Virus record (IMG/VR): IMGVR_UViG_3300042894_005670
Source: a virus
Strand: one strand, 5' to 3'
DNA length: 64,000 nucleotides
In this document: positions 29,484 to 38,519 of the stretch, piece by piece
How positions within the stretch are numbered: position 1 is the stretch's first letter
Layout of the letters: each line of letters opens with the position of its first letter
Notes under the pieces: model-generated
What the model was told of the DNA's origin: nothing
The model's database searches: none
The model's input: the letters and a program-made list of their open reading frames with translations, nothing else
Position numbers and translations under genes: made by a program

Positions 29484-29546
29484 GAGTAGAATGTACCTTA
29501 ACCTATATATTTGGTCAAGTTATTTAGATAAAGTATAAATTATTCG

Positions 29547-29741
29547 TTAATTTTGTTCTAGATATTTACGTGCTTCTGCACTGATCTGTATCTTAACTGC
29601 AGGTTCAACAATAGGAACATGTACAGGATTATTAACATCTCGGTAGCTTTTATTGAAACGAACTGCACCAATACTGTTAACCATAATATCTTGACTAATT
29701 GAATAATAAGGGTTGATTGATGTAATTGGATGTATTTTCAT
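29547..29741 (-). CDS. Hypothetical protein
   Basis: 64-aa ORF with TATAAATA just upstream. Confidence 0.45.
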   Translation of the reverse strand: MKIHPITSINPYYSISQDIMVNSIGAVRFNKSYRDVNNPVHVPIVEPAVKIQISAEARKYLEQN

Positions 29742-29749
29742 CCATCTAT

Positions 29750-30346
29750 TTATAACACTTTTATATTCAACTCATATAAACCAAAACCTATTTTGCCCTC
29801 TACAAAAGAATTAAATGATAAACTAATTCGTTGCTTATCACCGTTTACAGGATCTACCCCATGCACAGTGCTTGATGGAAAAATATATAATGTCCCATTT
29901 TTTGCAGGTACAGGTGTAGCTAGCGAATTATGTACATCATTGGTCTTTGAAGGTAAATTTAATGTTCTATAAGTTGAATCATAAAAAACAATTTTATCAT
30001 CTTCATTGGTATCAAAATAAAATACTGCACTTAGATAGGAATTAGGATGAGCATGAACATGATGTGATTGCCCACGTTCAGTAAGATTCAACCACGATTG
30101 AGTAATTTTACATTTTAAATCGTTATATGGTCTGATAACATTGTTAACATATTCATCTAAAGAATTCTGACAAAAACTTTTAATTCGTGATAAAGGTTTT
30201 TCAGATAATATATAAGTATTTTCTGATTGTAAATTAGCTATATTTGGTAAGAATTTGCACTTTTTAATATATGCAATTTCTTTAGTCAATGATTCTGTAT
30301 ATTCAAAATGACCTACTACAACGGGAAATAAATGTAGTACATTCAT
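29750..30346 (-). CDS. Putative 2OG-Fe(II) oxygenase
   Basis: SWLN, HHVHAHPNS.LSAVFY, IFPS..HGV and RISLSFN. Confidence 0.85.
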   Translation of the reverse strand: MNVLHLFPVVVGHFEYTESLTKEIAYIKKCKFLPNIANLQSENTYILSEKPLSRIKSFCQNSLDEYVNNVIRPYNDLKCKITQSWLNLTERGQSHHVHAHPNSYLSAVFYFDTNEDDKIVFYDSTYRTLNLPSKTNDVHNSLATPVPAKNGTLYIFPSSTVHGVDPVNGDKQRISLSFNSFVEGKIGFGLYELNIKVL

Positions 30347-30585
30347 GCTAATTCACCAAAATTAGTTATATAGCGTTGTCGTAATTCATCAGTTACATTA
30401 GTACAATTTGTTTCTATTAACTTAAGAAAAACATCATTAATTGGCATACCTATAAAGTTTTTGTTAGCAATAACAGGTAAAATCTCATTATTTTCAAGTT
30501 TCATGTGTCCTATAACATAGGCTACACCATAACAATCATCTACATCATATTTAACAAAATCACCAAGTTTAAACATTTTCTTCAT
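30343..30585 (-). CDS. Hypothetical protein
   Basis: 80-aa coupled ORF. Confidence 0.5.
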   Translation of the reverse strand: MKKMFKLGDFVKYDVDDCYGVAYVIGHMKLENNEILPVIANKNFIGMPINDVFLKLIETNCTNVTDELRQRYITNFGELA

Positions 30586-31018
30586 CCTTTGCTATACGTG
30601 CGTTTTTTAAATCAAACCAAGCTAATACTTCTTTTGATTCTAAATCTCTAACTAAATTTATAATATGTAAGGTTAATTTATGTTTTTGATAGTCATAAGC
30701 AGGTTGGTTGTTTATTGCTTCATCCCAATCACGTGTATTAAATGCACCACAATAGTAAAGTTTTTCAAACATTTGCTGTAAACATGTTTTCATTTGTGGA
30801 GTGCAATATACACCTGATGATATTTCCATAGCTAAACACAAAGCTTGTGCATGTGTCATCACTAAACCATTCCAATAAACAATATACTCATCATATTTTG
30901 GAAGATATACTAAAACAGGTTTAGCATCAAGTATACTCCAACTATGTTCAGGTCTATTCATATTCTTCCATTGAAGTAAATTTCCAAGCACTGATATCAT
31001 TCTGTACAATATTTTCAA
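30569..31018 (-). CDS. Hypothetical protein
   Basis: ORF track; true start probably at MNRPEH. Confidence 0.5.
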   Translation of the reverse strand: MKILYRMISVLGNLLQWKNMNRPEHSWSILDAKPVLVYLPKYDEYIVYWNGLVMTHAQALCLAMEISSGVYCTPQMKTCLQQMFEKLYYCGAFNTRDWDEAINNQPAYDYQKHKLTLHIINLVRDLESKEVLAWFDLKNARIAKDEENV

Positions 31019-31577
31019 TCAACCCATCAACAGGGCGATACCCATAGGTACAATATTTTACTAAACGTTTTGCAGCTTGTGGTTGTAGCGGATAATTCAT
31101 ACGTAAAACTTTATTACGAATATCGCTTGCTGTATGTTCACCGATAACCCAATTTGTGCCATCTGTGCCTATTTGACACACACTAATATCAAAACTATTA
31201 ACTACATCCTGTAAACTATCATAAAAACGTTTAGTGATAATTTGTACAGTCCAATACCGTCTAATCTTTGATTTGGAAACATAAGCGTAAGTTAAAGCAT
31301 TTTCTGTATGATATTTTTCTTGTACAGTAGCCTGAGCATGTAATCTTTGTTTTAACTCTTTTACTTGATTACTATCAACACAAAAAATATCAATATCAGC
31401 TTGATCTATGGGTTTATGTTGATACCATTGTAAACATGACCCACCCGCAATAAAAGGACCTTGTGGTGTGGGACATATTACCCTAACAGGTTCTTGATCA
31501 TCTGCATGAACTAAAGGATAATCCTTCTTAGGTTCTTCAGGTTTACCAAATAAATCATCAAAAGAAAAGCGACTCAT
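30954..31577 (-). CDS. Nucleotidyltransferase-fold protein (CCA/poly(A) polymerase head-like)
   Basis: FIAGG..DIDIF, VQII, FDISVC and RLVKY..YGY. Confidence 0.75.
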   Translation of the reverse strand: MSRFSFDDLFGKPEEPKKDYPLVHADDQEPVRVICPTPQGPFIAGGSCLQWYQHKPIDQADIDIFCVDSNQVKELKQRLHAQATVQEKYHTENALTYAYVSKSKIRRYWTVQIITKRFYDSLQDVVNSFDISVCQIGTDGTNWVIGEHTASDIRNKVLRMNYPLQPQAAKRLVKYCTYGYRPVDGLIENIVQNDISAWKFTSMEEYE

Positions 31578-31792
31578 ACAATTTTTTTATCTTGGAGCAA
31601 AGTTTCAAAAGTGCCAAACAATTGTTCAAATTTTACAGCATAAATTGTTTCCAACCCTAGCAAATAGTTTGAAATTTGATCTTTAGTAAAGTTATCATTT
31701 TCAAGAACTTGCTCGTTTAACAATTTAATTTCATCAGTAATACCCCAACAACCTAAAATTTGTTGCTCTAAGTCAAAACGATCTGCCATCAT
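31574..31792 (-). CDS. Hypothetical protein
   Basis: DRFDLEQQIL.CW motif. Confidence 0.6.
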   Translation of the reverse strand: MMADRFDLEQQILGCWGITDEIKLLNEQVLENDNFTKDQISNYLLGLETIYAVKFEQLFGTFETLLQDKKIV

Positions 31793-32063
31793 ATTCTCCT
31801 ATACCAAAACGTTGTTGTATAACTTGTTTTACTGCAATAAGTGCTGCGTTCCAACTTGGTGTATCGTAGGGGTCACCATCAGTGCCAACTCCACTATAAC
31901 CACGCAAATCATCGCATACATTGAAACATTCTGCAAGCACTAATTCAGTTAAATTCATTAAATCTGCTAATGCAGGTTCACTATGTACACCATATTTTGG
32001 GCTAGCATATTCTGTACGCAAAACGTTAGCCTGTCTAGCAATTTCAATAATTTTACTGTTCAT
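31773..32063 (-). CDS. MNERIKELA-family small protein, copy 5 (diverged)
   Basis: MNSKIIEIARQA..LTELVLAEC..IQQRFGIGE. Confidence 0.7.
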   Translation of the reverse strand: MNSKIIEIARQANVLRTEYASPKYGVHSEPALADLMNLTELVLAECFNVCDDLRGYSGVGTDGDPYDTPSWNAALIAVKQVIQQRFGIGEYDGRSF

Positions 32064-32305
32064 TAATTTACGCTCATGTTCCTACTACAATTTTTACCAC
32101 AATTTTCTGTCCAATTAGTTGATCCTTGGCAATTAGTAAAATAACGATAATTTCCACCATCAACAAATCTATATACAGTGCATCCATCATGAGTAAACAA
32201 TTTGTCCACTTTAAAGTCTACACCTGCTGCAGTAGTTGACTCAGGTTGTTTTGCACTACAAGAAATTAAAGTAAGCATTGCCAAAAATATAAGAAGGTAC
32301 CTCAT
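32063..32305 (-). CDS. Small lipoprotein
   Basis: Lipobox LISC; VDKLFTHDGCTVYRF.D. Confidence 0.7.
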   Translation of the reverse strand: MRYLLIFLAMLTLISCSAKQPESTTAAGVDFKVDKLFTHDGCTVYRFVDGGNYRYFTNCQGSTNWTENCGKNCSRNMSVN

Positions 32306-32541
32306 TTTTCAATCCCAAAGTGTTTTAATATAATACGTTCACATCTTTTATATAATGCTTGATCCACTTTATATTCAATATCGCTTTCATAAAGGTTGGG
32401 TTCTAATGATAGTAAGCATTCTTGTATAATGAGATCAGCAAACTTTTCTATAGCCTTGTGATCATAGTCATCCATACTATCCCAACAACCTTGTGCTGTC
32501 AGTCCTGCACGATACATTAGATCCTCAAGGCGACTATTCAT
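32302..32541 (-). CDS. MNERIKELA-family small protein, copy 4
   Basis: EKFADLIIQEC..ILKHFGIEK. Confidence 0.7.
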   Translation of the reverse strand: MNSRLEDLMYRAGLTAQGCWDSMDDYDHKAIEKFADLIIQECLLSLEPNLYESDIEYKVDQALYKRCERIILKHFGIEK

Positions 32542-32762
32542 TCTTCAACTCCGAAATGTTCTCTAATTTCTTCGTAAATATCTAATGCCTCGTGATCGGC
32601 TGCAACATTGGCACATTCCTTCACAATCAACTCGGCGAACTTTTCTGTCCATTCATGAAGGAAAGTAAAATCTACCTCTCCACCATCATCAACAAAACTA
32701 CCAAATTTTTCTTTGGTGTCATCCCAAGCCTGTTCAGCAAGTTCTTTAATTCGTTCGTTCAT
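32538..32762 (-). CDS. MNERIKELA-family small protein, copy 3
   Basis: MNERIKELAEQA..EKFAELIVKEC..IREHFGVEE. Confidence 0.75.
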   Translation of the reverse strand: MNERIKELAEQAWDDTKEKFGSFVDDGGEVDFTFLHEWTEKFAELIVKECANVAADHEALDIYEEIREHFGVEE

Positions 32763-32772
32763 TCTTCTAATC

Positions 32773-32856
32773 CTAATTCTTTTGCCAGCCCCAAACAAAA
32801 CCAGTGACAAAACCTATCACATAACAGGCCAGCAATGCCAAACCAATCTCGTTCAT
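32773..32856 (-). CDS. Small membrane peptide (27 aa)
   Basis: Not in track: MNEIGLALLACYVIGFVTGFVWGWQKN. Confidence 0.5.
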   Translation of the reverse strand: MNEIGLALLACYVIGFVTGFVWGWQKN

Positions 32857-33017
32857 TCTTTAACTCCTTGAACCATTTCATCCAATTCTTTTGCCAAGTC
32901 ATTCATACGATAGCGACCTTCTATCTTGGAACCGATGTAGCGATTATCATAGTAATCACCGTTTTGGCGTTCACGCTCGTCTAAATACTCTTCTAACACT
33001 TCAGTAAACTTTCTCAT
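32853..33017 (-). CDS. Small hypothetical protein (54 aa)
   Basis: Not in track: MRKFTEVLEEYLDERERQ...LDEMVQGVKE; ATGA-coupled on both sides. Confidence 0.6.
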   Translation of the reverse strand: MRKFTEVLEEYLDERERQNGDYYDNRYIGSKIEGRYRMNDLAKELDEMVQGVKE

Positions 33018-33262
33018 TCTTCAACTCCGAAATGTTCTTTTAGACCTTGAATATTATCATAACACTTTTCAGCACAAATTTCAAAATTTGATTGAAAAAC
33101 AGGATCTTCTTCTGATTCAGAAAGACCAAACAATCTTTCTGCTTCATTGTCGAGATATTGGCAACATTCTCTGACAATCAACTCGGCGAACTTTTCCGGG
33201 ATAATAAACCCATGCTCTGGATCATAACATTGTTCAGCAAGTTCTTTAATTCTCTTGTTCAT
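33014..33262 (-). CDS. MNERIKELA-family small protein, copy 2
   Basis: MNKRIKELAEQC..EKFAELIVREC..LKEHFGVEE. Confidence 0.75.
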   Translation of the reverse strand: MNKRIKELAEQCYDPEHGFIIPEKFAELIVRECCQYLDNEAERLFGLSESEEDPVFQSNFEICAEKCYDNIQGLKEHFGVEE

Positions 33263-33357
33263 TATACTTTCCTATTAAGGACAAACCCTTTAAAGTAGAT
33301 AAAAAAAGCTTTAGCTACATGCTTCATTTGACGTAAATAATATTGACGGTATGACAT
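33262..33357 (-). CDS. Small peptide (31 aa)
   Basis: Not in track: MSYRQYYLRQMKHVAKAFFIYFKGFVLNRKV; TAATG coupling at both ends. Confidence 0.5.
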   Translation of the reverse strand: MSYRQYYLRQMKHVAKAFFIYFKGFVLNRKV

Positions 33358-33551
33358 TATTCCATTCCAAAATGTTCTTTAATGGCTCGTGCAGTGGCAC
33401 TATCACCATTAAACACTGCAAGTTTAATACATTCAAAAAGAATTAAATTAGCAAATTGCTCTAGATCGGGTTGTGCAAATGGAATCTCAAAGCCTAACCT
33501 GTCATACTTTCTTGTCGCCTGTTCAGCTAATAACTTAATTTGTTCATTCAT
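33357..33551 (-). CDS. MNERIKELA-family small protein, copy 1
   Basis: MNEQIKLLAEQA..EQFANLILFEC..IKEHFGME. Confidence 0.75.
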   Translation of the reverse strand: MNEQIKLLAEQATRKYDRLGFEIPFAQPDLEQFANLILFECIKLAVFNGDSATARAIKEHFGME

Positions 33552-33631
33552 TGAATTATTCCTGTCAAGAACATAATTACAGTAGCAACAAAAATTAAGA
33601 TCATACCAATACCAACTATAACATCAGGCAT
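33548..33631 (-). CDS. Small membrane peptide (27 aa)
   Basis: Not in track: MPDVIVGIGMILIFVATVIMFLTGIIQ. Confidence 0.45.
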   Translation of the reverse strand: MPDVIVGIGMILIFVATVIMFLTGIIQ

Positions 33632-33653
33632 AAGCGATTCATTCTTAAGAATA

Positions 33654-33860
33654 TTACTTAACATCTTTCGCAATTTGGGCAAGTTGTTTTAAATCATCAT
33701 ATGTAGTTTGACAATCATACAAAAACCACAGGATATCTGTCAACGGTTTTTTTTGATCAATCATATCCTGTAGCATATCTACTGTTCGTACATGCTGTCC
33801 AAACATTGTTCCACCTGAGTACATTTTACATGCTCCAATAAAGTTCACTTGAAGGATCAC
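33654..33860 (-). CDS. Hypothetical protein
   Basis: ORF track; true start probably downstream. Confidence 0.45.
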   Translation of the reverse strand: MILQVNFIGACKMYSGGTMFGQHVRTVDMLQDMIDQKKPLTDILWFLYDCQTTYDDLKQLAQIAKDVK

Positions 33861-34152
33861 AACAACGTGGCGTATCTGCAGGAATCACAACTTTTTCACC
33901 TGTCATGTAGTTTTTAACAGTCTTCATTTCTTCAGTGGGTATTTCAACTTTTTCTACCTTCATCATCTTAAGGTAAGAATCGGAAGCACACATCATAATA
34001 GTGTTGGACTTCCCCATAATTTCAATAATTATCCAAGGGGTCATTGCACCATCACCTGCAGGGGCAAGGAAGATTTTTTTGATAGTACCGAGAAGGTTAC
34101 CTGCTGCAGAAACCCAAGTAATTGTGTCAGCTACGTTCAAGTTCATTTCCAT
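33826..34152 (-). CDS. Hypothetical early protein
   Basis: Start after AAGGAG and promoter; C-terminal VKNYMTG..TPRCCDPSSELYWSM. Confidence 0.65.
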   Translation of the reverse strand: MEMNLNVADTITWVSAAGNLLGTIKKIFLAPAGDGAMTPWIIIEIMGKSNTIMMCASDSYLKMMKVEKVEIPTEEMKTVKNYMTGEKVVIPADTPRCCDPSSELYWSM

Positions 34153-34176
34153 CTCCTTGTTAATCACCATACATGT

Positions 34177-34205
34177 AGTATATGAAAAAACAGAATTAGT
34201 GTCAA
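34177..34205 (-). promoter_or_regulatory. Sigma70-type early promoter for the microgene array
   Basis: TTGACA-N17-TATACT. Confidence 0.85.
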
Positions 34206-34405
34206 GCGTTTTTTGTACTGTTGGTTTTTTGCGAATTCTCAAAGCATGGAACACAGTATGCTCCATAGGCAGGACCACGATTTGCGCTTACTGCTGTCTT
34301 ACATACACTACACATGATAAAAGCGTGTGTAACAATTTGTCCTTTTTCAGCGGGGTAAATAGGACTACCATCACTGTAATATCCTAATGGCTTTTTATTA
34401 TTCAT
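34202..34405 (-). CDS. Small Cys-rich (zinc-ribbon-like) protein
   Basis: MNNKKP start; CSVC and CVPC. Confidence 0.5.
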   Translation of the reverse strand: MNNKKPLGYYSDGSPIYPAEKGQIVTHAFIMCSVCKTAVSANRGPAYGAYCVPCFENSQKTNSTKNA

Positions 34406-35445
34406 GCTGCTTCCGTAACAAGTTTTAAATTTCCAACATATGCCCCACGCAACCATTCAACATAAAAATTAGCTGATTCAGAAATTTTAATTAACTGATA
34501 CTTACCACAAAATCTCATAAACTCAGTGCCAACTTGTCCAACAGGTTGCTTATTTACAGCAGTTTTTATCACATTATCTAACTCATTAATAATTTCTTGT
34601 GGTTGCATCGTTAAATCGATAAGCACACGGTTACGCTCATAATCATCTTTTACTTTATGTTCAACGCCGTTATGATCAACCCAACGTTGTTGCATGACAT
34701 TGTTCCAATTAAATCCTTTTTTATCTCTATCAGCATATGCTTCAATTAAACCAATGGTTTTTTTAGTAGATTTTTTACGTACACCTGGGTATGCGCTAAA
34801 GATGTTATCAGTACTATCACCACGCATACATTTTTCAAACAATATAAATTGTGGGTCACCAACTTGCTTATGTTCTTTAGTTTTATTATCTACAACGGGT
34901 TTACCATGTTCATCATAATAGCCTTTTATAGTGATTAATTGATTAGCAATGCTATTATAACGTTGTACATTATGTGCTAATAGTTGATCAAAATCGGTGT
35001 CACTGCTGATTATGATATGTTCATTATTTGGATGTAATTGAATAAAACGTGCAATTACATCATCAGCTTCTGCTACATCACATCTAATAACAGATACATT
35101 AGTTTTTTCTCGTAAGTACTTTATAAAATCGTTATAAGTTTGATTAAACAATTCATCAAGTTGTACTTCGCTAGTAGTTTTAGCAGCATCTTTGACTAAA
35201 CGATTACGCTTGTATGGTTCATAAAATTGTTTACGCCAACTACGACCTTCAAGGGCAAAGATAACATGCACAGGTATATTAGCACCAAACTTGCGAACCA
35301 TAGTGTTAGCACTTTGTAATGTAAGATGTAATGCCATACCAATACGTTCATCATCACTGTCACTACGACTAGCTATATATTTAGATTTGAAAAATAGATT
35401 AGCGGTATCAATAATGATGTACTTAACTGACTTCAGATCTTCCAT
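34402..35445 (-). CDS. rnh: 5'-3' exonuclease / T4 RNase H-like
   Basis: IIDTAN, SWRK..Y.YK.NR, EADDVI, SSDTDF.QL and GDSTDNI. Confidence 0.92.
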   Translation of the reverse strand: MEDLKSVKYIIIDTANLFFKSKYIASRSDSDDERIGMALHLTLQSANTMVRKFGANIPVHVIFALEGRSWRKQFYEPYKRNRLVKDAAKTTSEVQLDELFNQTYNDFIKYLREKTNVSVIRCDVAEADDVIARFIQLHPNNEHIIISSDTDFDQLLAHNVQRYNSIANQLITIKGYYDEHGKPVVDNKTKEHKQVGDPQFILFEKCMRGDSTDNIFSAYPGVRKKSTKKTIGLIEAYADRDKKGFNWNNVMQQRWVDHNGVEHKVKDDYERNRVLIDLTMQPQEIINELDNVIKTAVNKQPVGQVGTEFMRFCGKYQLIKISESANFYVEWLRGAYVGNLKLVTEAA

Positions 35446-35848
35446 TTCCTATGTCCTTAGATTTAACGATACGTAAATCGTTTTCACGGTTGTAGGGATC
35501 AGCATTTTGTTGTTCATAAACTTCTAGTGCAATATTACGACAAACTGTTTGAAACCAACGATCTACAATATCTGCTTCAGAATCATCAGGTTTAATTTTA
35601 TAACCTGCTTTGATTAAGTTTATCACAAATTTATCATTAAAGTCAAGCTCAAAACTACCTGCATTAATATTGCTAGGATCAAGGTCTACTCTTACAATAG
35701 CTACATAGGGTTCATTATTTTTGTTGGCTAACTCCTTAGGTGTTAGTTCAGGTTTTTTTGGTTCTTTAGCAACCTTTTTTGGAATCTCAGGTGGATCAGG
35801 TGGTAGTGGAATTGGTTTATTCCACAATGCTTTTATTTTATCAAACAT
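35423..35848 (-). CDS. Conserved hypothetical phage protein
   Basis: EPYV, GSFELDFN and IVDRWF motifs. Confidence 0.65.
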   Translation of the reverse strand: MFDKIKALWNKPIPLPPDPPEIPKKVAKEPKKPELTPKELANKNNEPYVAIVRVDLDPSNINAGSFELDFNDKFVINLIKAGYKIKPDDSEADIVDRWFQTVCRNIALEVYEQQNADPYNRENDLRIVKSKDIGNGRSEVS

Positions 35849-36887
35849 AACTATCCTCAACAATCAATGTATTACTTTTGTTGTATGCTTCAAATAAACG
35901 CATACTAGCAAGATTTTTTGCTTTACTTTCGCACATAATATCACCCCATACCCAATGTGACATTGCCCATTGGTTTACTGCATTATTCCAAAAGAAGTCA
36001 CTATGTGCTCGTAATTCTTGTTTCTTATGACCACTTTCATTGAGCATAGTATAGTTAGGTAAGGTGTTTGCATCGTGTTTTACAAGTACATCCTCACGAC
36101 TGACAGAATAATGGATGACAGGGCGCACACCCCTCCAACTATGAATAACCCTATCGATGCGTTCATCATCCAAGGCGATATACTCTCCTGTTTTACACCA
36201 ATGGTGATGAATGTCGAGCACAATAGGAACAACATCACTAAGTTGAAGGCAATCATCGAGTCCATAAGTTATTTCTTCATTTTCAATGGTAATACAATTT
36301 CTTGCTTCTGTAGAGAGTCTTGCAAGTGCATGGCGAAAACCTGCGGCACCTTGTTTACCCGCAAGGTGGATGTTGATTTTAAAGTCTTGGAAGTGTTTGC
36401 CATACCCCATGTAACGTGCCATATCTGCATGATACTCAAACTCCTTTATTGAATTCTCAACAATGTTCTCGTTATCACTAGCAAGAACACAAAACTGACC
36501 AGGATGAAAAGACAAACGTACACCGTTTTCTCTAGCACTATCACCAATAGTTGCAAAATGCCTCTCAAGATATCGAACAACATCAGGTTGTTGATAAAAG
36601 TAGCTCCATGATGATTCTGTATATACAGGCAAGATATCACTACTAAGGCGAACCATCCTAAGTTCTTCACGTAACCCTCCAACACGTTTGACTAATAATC
36701 GTGTTGCTTCAAGATTACCTTTCATTAAATCCCAAAGTTTATCTTCGGCAACACTGCGTACTTGTTTATTTAACCAAGTTCGTGTGGTAGTACCTGTATT
36801 GTATTTCTTGCAATCGTCGGTGGGTTTAATACCATTAACCTGATCAGCATTGTCAATCCATTTACAGGCAAATCCTAGTTTACGCAT
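35841..36887 (-). CDS. uvsE: UV-damage endonuclease
   Basis: GFAC, RLSSD, RLSFHPGQF, IENEE, LDIHHH and AHSD. Confidence 0.93.
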   Translation of the reverse strand: MRKLGFACKWIDNADQVNGIKPTDDCKKYNTGTTTRTWLNKQVRSVAEDKLWDLMKGNLEATRLLVKRVGGLREELRMVRLSSDILPVYTESSWSYFYQQPDVVRYLERHFATIGDSARENGVRLSFHPGQFCVLASDNENIVENSIKEFEYHADMARYMGYGKHFQDFKINIHLAGKQGAAGFRHALARLSTEARNCITIENEEITYGLDDCLQLSDVVPIVLDIHHHWCKTGEYIALDDERIDRVIHSWRGVRPVIHYSVSREDVLVKHDANTLPNYTMLNESGHKKQELRAHSDFFWNNAVNQWAMSHWVWGDIMCESKAKNLASMRLFEAYNKSNTLIVEDSYV

Positions 36888-36889
36888 GA

Positions 36890-37102
36890 TTAAGCACTTT
36901 CAATAAGTTGTGCGGCAAGTTCATTAAGTTGTTTACTTGGTATAAACAGTTCAAAAGTACTAGTCATTATACACACTTTTTTCTCTACATCATACATTTC
37001 ACGGGTAAAAGTTACTGCTCGCATATCATACGGTGATGTACAAGGTTCAACTTTCATATACAATTTAAAATCAGGGCGGTCAACAAGATATTTCATCATC
37101 AT
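36890..37102 (-). CDS. Hypothetical protein
   Basis: 70-aa ORF with GGAG. Confidence 0.5.
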   Translation of the reverse strand: MMMKYLVDRPDFKLYMKVEPCTSPYDMRAVTFTREMYDVEKKVCIMTSTFELFIPSKQLNELAAQLIESA

Positions 37103-37158
37103 TCTCCAAAGAATTTAGATTATAACAAACAACTAAATTGAATACAAGTGTGGTAAAA

Positions 37159-37638
37159 TTACCACTTCTCACTTTTATTAACACGTTGCATTTCAGCTTC
37201 CATCACCCGCTTGCGTAATGAACTTGAACTAAAACTGTGATCACGACCATTGTATATTAGTTCAATACCACGATCAACGCATATTTGTTTACCTGTAAAA
37301 TCTTTATCTTTGTACTCTATACCAAGAATACGCATATCAATAGGTAAGACAAGAAACAAATCTTCTAAATCTTTTTCAGTATTATAAATTACAATTTCAT
37401 CAACAAAACGGGTTGCGCTTAATTGTATTTGGCGTTCTACAATACTTTGAACAGGTTGGTTTTTAGTTGGTCTATCTAAACTTGCATCATTTTGTAATGC
37501 CGCTATTAAATAATCACAATGTTGTTTGGCTTCGCTTAACATTGCAATATGCCCTGCGTGTAGTAAATCAAATTGACTACAAGTGATTCCTATTTTTAAA
37601 TCACTATTTTTTAATTCTTTAATACGATTGAATATCAT
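37159..37638 (-). CDS. Cytidylyltransferase (TagD-like)
   Basis: FDLLHAGH (HxGH) and RDHSFSSSSLR. Confidence 0.9.
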   Translation of the reverse strand: MIFNRIKELKNSDLKIGITCSQFDLLHAGHIAMLSEAKQHCDYLIAALQNDASLDRPTKNQPVQSIVERQIQLSATRFVDEIVIYNTEKDLEDLFLVLPIDMRILGIEYKDKDFTGKQICVDRGIELIYNGRDHSFSSSSLRKRVMEAEMQRVNKSEKW

Positions 37639-37674
37639 AAAAAACCCCTATCTGTTATTTAGATAGGGGTTTTT
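37639..37674. terminator. Bidirectional-type terminator hairpin
   Basis: AAAAACCCCTATCT-GTTATTT-AGATAGGGGTTTTT perfect inverted repeat. Confidence 0.8.
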
Positions 37675-37680
37675 GTGAAT

Positions 37681-37908
37681 TTAAAAATCTGACTCCATTT
37701 TTTTCAAATCTTCTTCCCACATGTTTTTGCAATTTTTGCCTTTTAAAAACTTTTGGTATTGTTGAAATGCATAACTACGCATATTAGTAAGGTCACGCTC
37801 GTCATAACGATACCCATAATCTTTACAAAATTCTAAATAATTCTCAAGTTGTTCAAAAATTGGTTCGTTAGTACCAAATACGCTACGACTTTTACTTACT
37901 TTACTCAT
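37681..37908 (-). CDS. Hypothetical protein
   Basis: IFEQLE.Y..FC..YGY.YDE.DL motif. Confidence 0.6.
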   Translation of the reverse strand: MSKVSKSRSVFGTNEPIFEQLENYLEFCKDYGYRYDERDLTNMRSYAFQQYQKFLKGKNCKNMWEEDLKKMESDF

Positions 37909-37921
37909 GCTTATAATTTCC

Positions 37922-38299
37922 TTAAATTTTAACTACTAAGTTAGGTTTATGATTACGATAATGTGTGGTTATTGCTGAACCACTGCTTTCTGTTGTAGTA
38001 ATTTTAATATCACTGTCAACAAAATAGGTTGCTAATCTGAGGAAAAGTTCATCTGAAATTTTTTGACAATACTCCAAATCATAATCAGATTTAGGTTTTC
38101 CTATGTCAGCTTCATCAACATCATTAATTATTTTATTAATGAAGTCAATATTAAAACTATTATCTTTAACTTCTACGACAATGTTTGTTCTAAAAAAGTT
38201 TTTAATTCTAGACTTTTTTCTAATGTATATCAAACGTTCCGACATAACACGTTCGTTACGTTCTTTTAAAGCAAAATTACGTTGTGCGGTATAATCCAT
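37922..38299 (-). CDS. Hypothetical protein, possibly degenerate T-fold/QueD-like
   Basis: C-terminal C..ISDEL...L..Y....I.I..E pattern; no His cluster. Confidence 0.35.
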   Translation of the reverse strand: MDYTAQRNFALKERNERVMSERLIYIRKKSRIKNFFRTNIVVEVKDNSFNIDFINKIINDVDEADIGKPKSDYDLEYCQKISDELFLRLATYFVDSDIKITTTESSGSAITTHYRNHKPNLVVKI

Positions 38300-38517
38300 T
38301 ATCTATCATCGCCCCATAGTTCAGTTTCACGTCCACTAGTAGCTTCAAATTGAAGTTTGTTAAATCTTGCAATTTCATCTTTAATTTGTAGCTTGCGCTT
38401 TTTTAAGTTTGTTACTTGCTCAGGAATATAATGCTTTTGTTTTTCAATGTCAAGTATTTGATTATCTAAAGCTCGGTGCATTTCTTCTAAATGTTTGATA
38501 CGCTCACGATATGGCAT
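38299..38517 (-). CDS. DUF465/YdcH-like coiled-coil protein
   Basis: H..LD.QI and LKKRKLQIKDEI. Confidence 0.75.
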   Translation of the reverse strand: MPYRERIKHLEEMHRALDNQILDIEKQKHYIPEQVTNLKKRKLQIKDEIARFNKLQFEATSGRETELWGDDR

Positions 38518-38519
38518 GA

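Noticed and set aside
32538-33262. Repeated 20-25 nt blocks as a CRISPR array or DGR template/variable pair
   Set aside because: The repeats lie in coding paralogs with irregular spacing, show no adenine-specific mismatch pattern, and no cas or reverse transcriptase gene is present.
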